Assembly (NCBI GenBank): GCA_964373225.1
Contig: CAYJTW010000003.1
Location: 1 to 38,985, forward strand
Direction: 5' to 3'
DNA length: 38,985 nt
DNA from: an uncultured Candidatus Peribacteria bacterium
GTDB lineage: Bacteria; Patescibacteriota; Gracilibacteria; Peribacterales; Peribacteraceae
Both the position numbers and the translations under genes were made by a program. Position 1 is the first letter of the stretch. Each line of letters begins with the position of its first letter. The notes under the pieces are model-generated. The model did no database searches. It was not told the DNA's origin and saw only the letters and a program-made list of their open reading frames with translations. This document shows positions 6,603 through 13,168 of this stretch, piece after piece.

Positions 6603-7729
6603 ATCTTGAATAATTTCAAATATTTCTCACCCACAACGTCCCAGCTGAATCTCTCGTCAATTCTCCTTCTCGCTGCCTCACCCATCATCCTCCGCTTCGC
6701 GGGATCTTCGATCAATCGCCGCAGATGCGCCGCCAGAGCTTCACGATCACCGGCGGGGAACAGGAATCCCGAGACGCCGTTCTGGATCAAAAACGCATTG
6801 CCGCCAACATCAGACGCAACGCACGCGCACCCGCTCGCCATCGCTTCCATCAGCGCGTTGCTCAGCCCTTCGCTGTGGCTGGGGAGAACGAAGATATCGG
6901 TCTTTGCGAGGATCTCGGGAATATCGGAACGAAGGCCGGTGAACGTCACCTGATGCTCGTACTGCTTCACGAGCGGATGTTCCTCCTTATACCAGCCGAC
7001 GACCTGTATGGTGATGTCAGGGAAAGTATTTTTGAGCGGCACGGCGGCGGCCAGAAAGTCGTCGACGCCCTTTACCGATTCAAGTCTGCCAACGTATGTG
7101 ATAGTGACGGGTTTCGGGTTTCGGGTTTCGGGTTCTGTACTCGCAACCCATAACCCGTAACCCGAAACGTCTATCCCCGTCGGTATCACTTCCGATTTTT
7201 TCCATACACCCATCCGCTTCAGGAGTTTTTCCGGTTGTGGATGATAGAAGACGATGCGCTCCGCGCAGAGCATGACCGCCCACCCGAGCGTCCACGCGTA
7301 GATCGCTGCGGCGGTCTTCGGAATCCACCCGCGCGGCCACCACGTGATGCCGACGAGCGTGTCGGTCAGCAGGATCGGGCGGTACCCGCGCAGCCGCAGC
7401 GCGATCACGGAGAACGAACTCCAGAAGAGGATTTTATTGCAGACAATCAGGTCGGGACGTTCATCGCGGATGATGCGGCGCACGAATCCTGAAAATCCCA
7501 ACGCGATGCCATAGTTCCACGGATCGGGCAGATAGAAATCTTTCTTCCGATACATCGTGAGAGAATCGGATAGAACATCCTTGGACTCTTTGGAATCCTT
7601 TTTCTCGCCCATGCAGGCGACGACCACGCGATACCCGAGCCGCTGCCACAGCTCAGCCAGTTTCACCGTGCTGACCATCCAGCGATGGGGTTCTTTCCAG
7701 TAGGGGCTGATGAGGAGGATGGTCGACAT
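6584..7729 (-). CDS. Glycosyltransferase family 4 (GT-B)
   Basis: 381 aa. TYVGRLESVKGVD, LPSHSEGLSNALMEAMASGCACVASDVGGNAFLIQNGVSGFL (E-x7-E region). ATG at 7729. Confidence 0.9.
   Translation of the reverse strand: MSTILLISPYWKEPHRWMVSTVKLAELWQRLGYRVVVACMGEKKDSKESKDVLSDSLTMYRKKDFYLPDPWNYGIALGFSGFVRRIIRDERPDLIVCNKILFWSSFSVIALRLRGYRPILLTDTLVGITWWPRGWIPKTAAAIYAWTLGWAVMLCAERIVFYHPQPEKLLKRMGVWKKSEVIPTGIDVSGYGLWVASTEPETRNPKPVTITYVGRLESVKGVDDFLAAAVPLKNTFPDITIQVVGWYKEEHPLVKQYEHQVTFTGLRSDIPEILAKTDIFVLPSHSEGLSNALMEAMASGCACVASDVGGNAFLIQNGVSGFLFPAGDREALAAHLRRLIEDPAKRRMMGEAARRRIDERFSWDVVGEKYLKLFKITENGE
7106..7171. repeat. 66-nt hairpin with heptamer-repeat arms, in-frame inside the GT4 CDS
   Basis: The left arm is GAC(GGGTTTC)x3GGGTT (7106-7134). 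The right arm is AACCCATAACCCGTAACCCGAAACGTC (7145-7171), whose reverse complement is GACGTTTCGGGTTACGGGTTATGGGTT. The loop is 10 nt. Exactly 22 codons, translated as DVSGYGLWVASTEPETRNPKPV. Confidence 0.85.
7578..7606. repeat. In-CDS copy of the 9-mer-array element found at 8293-8329
   Basis: TCCTTGGACTCTTTGGAATC (7578-7597) is 19/20 identical to 8293-8312, and both are followed by TTTTTCTC. Translated on the minus strand as EKKDSKESKD. Confidence 0.75.
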
Positions 7730-7735
7730 GAAAAG

Positions 7736-7798
7736 GAGGCAAGAGAGGCAAGGGAGGCAGAAGAGGCAAGAGAGGCAAGGGAGTGAAAGGAGGCAAAG
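7736..7798. repeat. Seven tandem 9-mers (GAGGCAAGR consensus) in an intergenic spacer
   Basis: GAGGCAAGA GAGGCAAGG GAGGCAGAA GAGGCAAGA GAGGCAAGG GAGTGAAAG GAGGCAAAG. They fill most of the gap between the DUF2304 stop (7807) and the GT4 start (7729). Confidence 0.85.
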
Positions 7799-7806
7799 GA
7801 ATGAGT

Positions 7807-8193
7807 TTACTCCTTTGTCTCCTTTTCTTCTTTTTCAAGCCCCGCTTCCCGCAGCGCCAACTCTCTTACGATCCTGGCATGCCGCTGTTCGAGCTCCTCC
7901 AGGCGGATGATCATGTAGAAGACGATGAAGAAGAGGATGCCGAGGAAAGTGAAGATCACGGCGTTCTCGCGGTTGGCAATGCCCGTGACGGTCGAGAGGT
8001 AGGTGAGGAACGGCGGGAACATCGCGATCGCCGCGATCGCCCCCCAGAAGATTGTCCAAAAACACGCTTCCCACACCGTCTTCTTCTGTCGCATCACCAG
8101 GTTCCACGCGTACACGATCGCGACAATCGCGATCAGTGGAGCGACGATTTGGTAGGGGGTAAGCGTCATAGGAACGTGAGAGGTAGTGTACAT
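7807..8193 (-). CDS. DUF2304-like small membrane protein (usual partner of GtrB/DPM1-like GT2 enzymes)
   Basis: Three predicted TM helices followed by a charged C-terminal helix (EELEQRHARIVRELALRE). It sits immediately downstream of a GT2 gene, as is typical for DUF2304. The start may instead be the ATG at 8169. Confidence 0.7.
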   Translation of the reverse strand: MYTTSHVPMTLTPYQIVAPLIAIVAIVYAWNLVMRQKKTVWEACFWTIFWGAIAAIAMFPPFLTYLSTVTGIANRENAVIFTFLGILFFIVFYMIIRLEELEQRHARIVRELALREAGLEKEEKETKE

Positions 8194-8200
8194 TTCGCGC

Positions 8201-8324
8201 AGAGGATTCCAAGGAGTCCAAAGATTCCGAGGACCAGTTGGCGAGGGTGCAAGTGAAGCGGGGGAAGGTCACGATTCTCCCATTCCGTCTGGTCCTTGGA
8301 CTCCTTGGAATCTTCGGACTCTTT
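8201..8324. repeat. Large inverted repeat whose arms are 9-mer arrays
   Basis: The left arm is 8201-8237 (..GATTCCAAG GAGTCCAAA GATTCCGAG GACCAG). The right arm is 8289-8324 (CTGGTC CTTGGACTC CTTGGAATC TTCGGACTC). A spacer of about 50 nt separates them. The repeat lies between the DUF2304 start and the GT2 stop. Confidence 0.8.
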
Positions 8325-8334
8325 TTCTCAATAT

Positions 8335-9003
8335 TTAGCGTAGGAAAGATCTTAGGAGGATCTTCATTGCAGTTTTGACTCCATTCCCGAACGATTGCCC
8401 CTTCGCAAGCGTGTACTCGGAGTAGATCACCTTGGTCGGCACCTGCGCGATCCGCCACTTGTGCTGGCAGGCCTCGCGGACGATTTCGGTGCAGAATTCA
8501 AACCCCCGCATGCGCAGATCAATCTGCGCCAGTGCCCGCGGACCGATCACTTTGTATCCCGACTGGCTGTCTTGGACCCACATGCCGGTCGCGAGCCACG
8601 TCACGATGTTGCCGATGCCATTGAAGACACGACGAATGAGCGGGATACGGTTGCGGTGAGCGAAGCGGTTGCTGAAGACGATATCGGCCGTGTCGTCTTT
8701 GACCGGTCGCAGAAGCCGGGGAATATCGGAAGGATCATGTTGCTCGTCGGCATCAAGAGTGACGACGGTGGTTGCGCCCATGCGGCGCGCCGCTTCGATC
8801 CCCGTCATCGTTGCCGCCCCCGCGCCGCCGTTTTCCGCATGACGGATCACCGTCGCCCCCGCGTGCCTGGCCACCTCCGCGGTTGCATCCGTCGATCCGT
8901 CATCGACGACGATCACCGCGTCCACAAATCCTTTGGCGGCCGCAACAACATTGCCGACGCGCGTTGCTTCGTTGTATGCGGGGATGATGGCAACGATAGT
9001 CAT
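8335..9003 (-). CDS. GT2 glycosyltransferase, polyprenyl-phosphate sugar synthase-like (GtrB/CsbB/DPM1 type)
   Basis: 222 aa. VAIIPAYNE, VVDDGSTD, LDADEQHDP.DIP.LL. The ATGA start/stop overlap with the upstream membrane-protein gene at 9000-9003 indicates translational coupling. Confidence 0.85.
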   Translation of the reverse strand: MTIVAIIPAYNEATRVGNVVAAAKGFVDAVIVVDDGSTDATAEVARHAGATVIRHAENGGAGAATMTGIEAARRMGATTVVTLDADEQHDPSDIPRLLRPVKDDTADIVFSNRFAHRNRIPLIRRVFNGIGNIVTWLATGMWVQDSQSGYKVIGPRALAQIDLRMRGFEFCTEIVREACQHKWRIAQVPTKVIYSEYTLAKGQSFGNGVKTAMKILLRSFLR

Positions 9004-11786
9004 GGAATCAGAATAAAGGCAATTCCCGCGTTGGTATCGCTCACCACCACCTGCAGTCCCGACGCGGGATTATTCACGAAATCGACGAAGGCGTTGACCT
9101 TCTTATGCAGCGATCCCCGGTCGTCGCGTTCGATCGTCGCGGTGTTCGTGTCGAAGACGATGGCATTGAACTTGAGGGCTTTGAGGCGTTTGACCGTGAG
9201 CGCAGCGTTCTTTTCCTGATAGAGGCAATTGAACACGTCGAGCTGGTGGTCGTTGAGGCCGATGATCTCGAGATTGCGCGGAATAAAGTACGGGATGAAG
9301 GTCCCGACCCGGTACAGGAATGGCCGGTCGGGCATGGTCTCGTGCCGATCCACCGCCGTCGCCGAGATCGCGTCGTAGTAGGGGATGGTGATTTCACGCA
9401 GAGCATCTGCCGAGACTTTGCCCATGGAGTACTCAAAAATATTGCGCTGCTGTTCAAACTGCCAGAAGCGCAGGTTGAAGGCGATGAGCAGCGAGAAGCC
9501 GATCAGAACGGCGGCCGCGATGCGGCTGGGCTTGTCCGGAGCTTTCTGCACCAGTGCCTCGAGTCCGATCACGAGGCCGAGCAGTATCCCGATGCCGTAC
9601 CACGGGATGCCGTTGCCCAAAAAGATCCATTCCAGAATCATGAGCGCGGTGATGCACGTGAGGCCGCGCAGCCAGCGTCCCTGGGCGGTCCAAAAATACG
9701 GCAGCAGCAGGAGCAGCGGAAAGAGCAGGAGCGCCGGGATGGTCGTCACGTAATACCCGGTCGCGTCGATGTTCATGACTGTCCGCCACGGGAGTGTCAG
9801 GTAGTGCGACCAGCCTTTCCCGAATCCCCAGTAGCGGTCGAGTTCCTCAAAGACGCCGGTCGCCTTGCACGCGCCGACGGTCTTATCCGTCGCGAGTTCT
9901 CCCGTGAGCCCGTCGACGTCGATTTTCGGGGAGAGATGATTGATGGGGGAGCCGAGCGGCTCCGGAAACCATTTTCCGTTTTCCATCGCCGTGTGCTCGG
10001 CCCAGGGCAGCACCGCGAGCGCGAGACCGAATCCGAATGCGCCGATGAGTTTGATGACGGGGAGAAAGGCCGGACGATGGTGCCAGAGAGACCAGACGAT
10101 GCATGCGAGGCCGGCGACAAAGAAGAGAGCGGTGACCGTCGATCCGAGCCACGACGGCGGAATATCGCCGATGATACGCATTGCGATCACCTGCACCGAT
10201 ACCGCACCCCGCCACAGATAGGCGAAGCACAGAAGGAAGCCCATGCCGAGAAAAGCTCTCCAATCGAGAAGCATGCCGATGAGAAGAGCTGTGAGCGGGA
10301 GTACCACCATGATGGCGGTCACCTTGGTCGCGAATGCAAGACCCAGCGCAATGCCCGCGATGATCAGTAGAGACGCATGATTATGCGTCTTTACATCATG
10401 CGTCTTTACATCCGCCGACGCATCATCAGTCGCCGGCAACACCGCCATCATCGTCGCGAGTATCGCGATCACCCCAAAGAAGAAGATCGCGTTGTCGATT
10501 TTCATGTCCGCGTACGAGAAGTGCCCGACGAGCGGGAGAGAGTAGTAGAGGAGTGCGCCAAGAACGCCGCTCTTGTTTCCAAGGAATGTCCGCGCAAACG
10601 CAAGAATGCCCAGGACCGCGAGGAGGCCCGCGGACCAGTTGACCATCATCGAGGCCGTCGCGCCCACCGGATTGTCGTACCCGAACAGAAGGAACCCGAG
10701 AGCCGTCAGGTACGACCAGTCGAAGGGCGCCATCGGCGCGATGAACCGGCCGTAGCTCACGAGCAGGCGCGGGCGGTTCAAATAACTGCCCAAGTCGTCC
10801 CAACCGATCGGAAACGGCCGGACGACCTGCAGAAAGTTGAGCGCGAGGTAGCTCAGCAGCAGGAAGGAGAGAAGCAGCGGCAGATCGAGCCACCGGTACT
10901 CGCGTTCCCAGCGTTCCCACAGGAATTTTTCGATCCAGTAGCGCGTATGCGCGTATCCCACGACGGGAATGATCAGCGCCAGCAACCATCCCGCCGTACT
11001 CACGAAAATGCCGGCGACGGCCAGCGTCCAGAGGATGGCGATCCCGACACCCGCTCCGATACCGACACTGAACACCGTTTCGAGCAGCAGGTTCGGCGGA
11101 CGATACCGCAGCCACCCCAGTGCCATGCGCCCCAGGATCAACATTTCCCCCAGGAGCATCAACACGAAGAACACCTGCGGCACGACGCGGCCGATGAACG
11201 CCTTCTCCATGCACCACGTCTTCAGCATGTAGATTTTGGCCCCCACCTGGGATTCCCCCTGCAGATCCAGGCATCCCTGACCGAGCAGAAGCTGGTAATC
11301 CCGCTGCAGTGTCTGCAACGCGTTCTCGGCGACGTTGTATGTGTCCTTTGTCGGTTCGGGATAGACGCGCACCGATCTGTCATTCACAGAACCGAAGCCG
11401 ATGACGGTGGCAAAAAGCCAGACGCTTGCGACAAAGAGCAGAAGGATTTTCCACGGAGTCCAGACGATCAGTACGGATTTCCGGTTGAGGCCCAGAGCCT
11501 GCCAGCCGGCGAAGCAGGCCCATGCGAGCGCGCAGAGAATGCCGTACCACAAAAACGGCGCAGCCCGTCCGAATGTATTCAAAACGAAAGGGAAGAACGT
11601 CGAGATGCCGCGGCACACGAATGATGCGGTTCCGCATGAGGCGGTCACGGACTTCATCGCTTCATCGGTCATCATCGCCGCTCCGTGATAGGGGACGCCG
11701 AGGTAAACGATGAGAGTGTAGGTACCCCAGAGGAGAAGCAGGGCGAAAAGGGAGACGCTGAGGTACTGAATTGTGCGGGAGTTCAT
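9000..11786 (-). CDS. Very large polytopic membrane protein with a C-terminal soluble domain; putative GT-C-type (YfhO/PMT-like) glycosyltransferase
   Basis: 928 aa, with many hydrophobic segments over aa 1-700 and a hydrophilic tail of about 200 aa. A PIGWDDLGSYL loop motif loosely resembles acidic GT-C loop motifs. It is coupled to the GT2 gene. The functional call is an inference. Confidence 0.5.
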   Translation of the reverse strand: MNSRTIQYLSVSLFALLLLWGTYTLIVYLGVPYHGAAMMTDEAMKSVTASCGTASFVCRGISTFFPFVLNTFGRAAPFLWYGILCALAWACFAGWQALGLNRKSVLIVWTPWKILLLFVASVWLFATVIGFGSVNDRSVRVYPEPTKDTYNVAENALQTLQRDYQLLLGQGCLDLQGESQVGAKIYMLKTWCMEKAFIGRVVPQVFFVLMLLGEMLILGRMALGWLRYRPPNLLLETVFSVGIGAGVGIAILWTLAVAGIFVSTAGWLLALIIPVVGYAHTRYWIEKFLWERWEREYRWLDLPLLLSFLLLSYLALNFLQVVRPFPIGWDDLGSYLNRPRLLVSYGRFIAPMAPFDWSYLTALGFLLFGYDNPVGATASMMVNWSAGLLAVLGILAFARTFLGNKSGVLGALLYYSLPLVGHFSYADMKIDNAIFFFGVIAILATMMAVLPATDDASADVKTHDVKTHNHASLLIIAGIALGLAFATKVTAIMVVLPLTALLIGMLLDWRAFLGMGFLLCFAYLWRGAVSVQVIAMRIIGDIPPSWLGSTVTALFFVAGLACIVWSLWHHRPAFLPVIKLIGAFGFGLALAVLPWAEHTAMENGKWFPEPLGSPINHLSPKIDVDGLTGELATDKTVGACKATGVFEELDRYWGFGKGWSHYLTLPWRTVMNIDATGYYVTTIPALLLFPLLLLLPYFWTAQGRWLRGLTCITALMILEWIFLGNGIPWYGIGILLGLVIGLEALVQKAPDKPSRIAAAVLIGFSLLIAFNLRFWQFEQQRNIFEYSMGKVSADALREITIPYYDAISATAVDRHETMPDRPFLYRVGTFIPYFIPRNLEIIGLNDHQLDVFNCLYQEKNAALTVKRLKALKFNAIVFDTNTATIERDDRGSLHKKVNAFVDFVNNPASGLQVVVSDTNAGIAFILIP
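10371..10412. repeat. 8-bp inverted repeat plus a perfect 15-bp tandem duplication inside the CDS
   Basis: AGACGCAT-GATT-ATGCGTCT (10371-10390). ATGCGTCTTTACATC occurs at 10383-10397 and again at 10398-10412. Translated on the minus strand as ..DVKTHDVKTH.. Confidence 0.85.
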
Positions 11787-11824
11787 CAGGAAAAGTGTAC
11801 CTCATTTAGGAGATGCCAAACATG

Positions 11825-11891
11825 CTCGTTCACTCGTTCATTCGTTAACTCGTGTTTATGACGTACGAATTAACCAGTTAACGAATTAACG
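11825..11891. repeat. Inverted repeat with octamer-repeat arms in a divergent intergenic region (possible operator)
   Basis: The left arm is CTCGTTCA CTCGTTCA TTCGTTAA CTCGTG. The reverse complement of the right arm is CGTTAA TTCGTTAA CTGGTTAA TTCGTA. The perfect 11-bp core is ATTCGTTAACT (11840-11850) / AGTTAACGAAT (11876-11886). Confidence 0.7.
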
Positions 11892-11923
11892 TGTTTGCGG
11901 TCTCCTCTATACTCTTTTCTCTT

Positions 11924-13168
11924 ATGCCCCTGGACCTGAATCTCATTCGTCGGCAGTTTCCCATTCTGCACCAGCAGATGAATGGAAACCCCCTCATCTA
12001 TCTCGATTCCGCCGCAACCGCGCAGAAGCCGCAGGCCGTCCTTGATCGCATGAAAAAGTTCTACGAAGAAGAGAATGCCAACGTCCACCGCGGCATGCAT
12101 GTGCTCGCGGAGCGGGCGACGGTGGCGTACGAAGGCGCGCGCGGGACCGTCCAAAAATTTCTCCATGCGCAGCGCCCCGAAGAAATCATTTTCACGAAGA
12201 GCTGCACCGAGGCGATCAACGTGGTTGTGAAATCCTGGGGCAAGAACAATCTCCGCAAAGGAGACCGCGTCGTCCTCTCCGTGCTCGAACACCACAGCAA
12301 CATCGTTCCGTGGCTGCAGCTCAAAGACGAGATCGGTATTGAAATTCGCTGGGTGGATATCGACGACCACGGGCAATTCCGGTTTGATCACTTCGTCGAC
12401 ATCATGGATGACGGCGGTGTGTGCGCGGTCGCCGTCACTGCGCAGAGCAATGTGCTGGGCACACGACCCCCCCTCAAAGACATCATTGTCAAAGCGCACG
12501 ATCATGGCGCGGTCGTTCTCGTCGATGCCGCGCAGTCCGCGGCTCATCATCCAACCGACGTCCAGGATCTCGACTGCGACTTTCTCGCCTTCAGCGGCCA
12601 TAAACTCTACGGTCCCACCGGCATCGGCGTGCTGTACGGCAAGCAGTCACTTCTCCAGTCCATGCCTCCGTTCCTCGGCGGCGGCATGATGATTCAGGAA
12701 GTCCACCAGGACCGGTTCACGTCGGCCGACCTGCCGCAGAAATTTGAAGCCGGGACTCCCCCGGTCGTGGAAGCGGTGGGACTAGCCGCGGCAATTAATT
12801 GGCTCAAGCACTATTCCTGGAAAGACATCGAGGCGCATGAGAATCATCTTCTTACGCTCGCTCATGACGTCCTGAGATCCATTCCCGGTTTGAAATTTTT
12901 GGGCTCAGACCCCAACCCCAACCCTAGCAATTCCGGTTGCCTCAGCTTCACCATCAACGGCATTCACCCCCACGACCTCACCGAAATTCTCGGACATCAG
13001 GGGATCTGCCTGCGCGCGGGGCATCACTGCACGCAGCCACTGCACCGGCGACTCGGTGTAGAGGCGTCCACACGGTTGAGTGTGGGGATCTACAATACAG
13101 AGGAGGAGATCCACATACTCTTTCATGCATTCCCAACAGCTGTTCAGCGACTTTCACGGCATGACTAA
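11924..13168 (+). CDS. sufS: Cysteine desulfurase, SufS type (class V aminotransferase)
   Basis: IRRQFPIL..........YLDSAATAQKP, HRGMH, FSGHKLYGPTGIGVLYG (PLP Lys), RAGHHCTQPL (catalytic Cys loop), YNTEEEI. The ATG at 11924 is preferred over the GTG at 11891. Confidence 0.92.
   Translation: MPLDLNLIRRQFPILHQQMNGNPLIYLDSAATAQKPQAVLDRMKKFYEEENANVHRGMHVLAERATVAYEGARGTVQKFLHAQRPEEIIFTKSCTEAINVVVKSWGKNNLRKGDRVVLSVLEHHSNIVPWLQLKDEIGIEIRWVDIDDHGQFRFDHFVDIMDDGGVCAVAVTAQSNVLGTRPPLKDIIVKAHDHGAVVLVDAAQSAAHHPTDVQDLDCDFLAFSGHKLYGPTGIGVLYGKQSLLQSMPPFLGGGMMIQEVHQDRFTSADLPQKFEAGTPPVVEAVGLAAAINWLKHYSWKDIEAHENHLLTLAHDVLRSIPGLKFLGSDPNPNPSNSGCLSFTINGIHPHDLTEILGHQGICLRAGHHCTQPLHRRLGVEASTRLSVGIYNTEEEIHILFHAFPTAVQRLSRHD

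Noticed and set aside
7653-7838. Pro/Leu-rich 61-aa ORF (PLPLLPLLPPLPLLPP).
   Set aside because: It is the translation of the 9-mer tandem repeat in the intergenic spacer, not a gene.
7783-8256. Plus-strand ORF preceded by a strong AAAGGAGG Shine-Dalgarno-like sequence and an ATG at 7801.
   Set aside because: It is antisense to the well-supported DUF2304 membrane protein. The SD-like sequence is simply part of the GAGGCAAGR tandem repeat, and the translation is highly acidic, low-complexity sequence.
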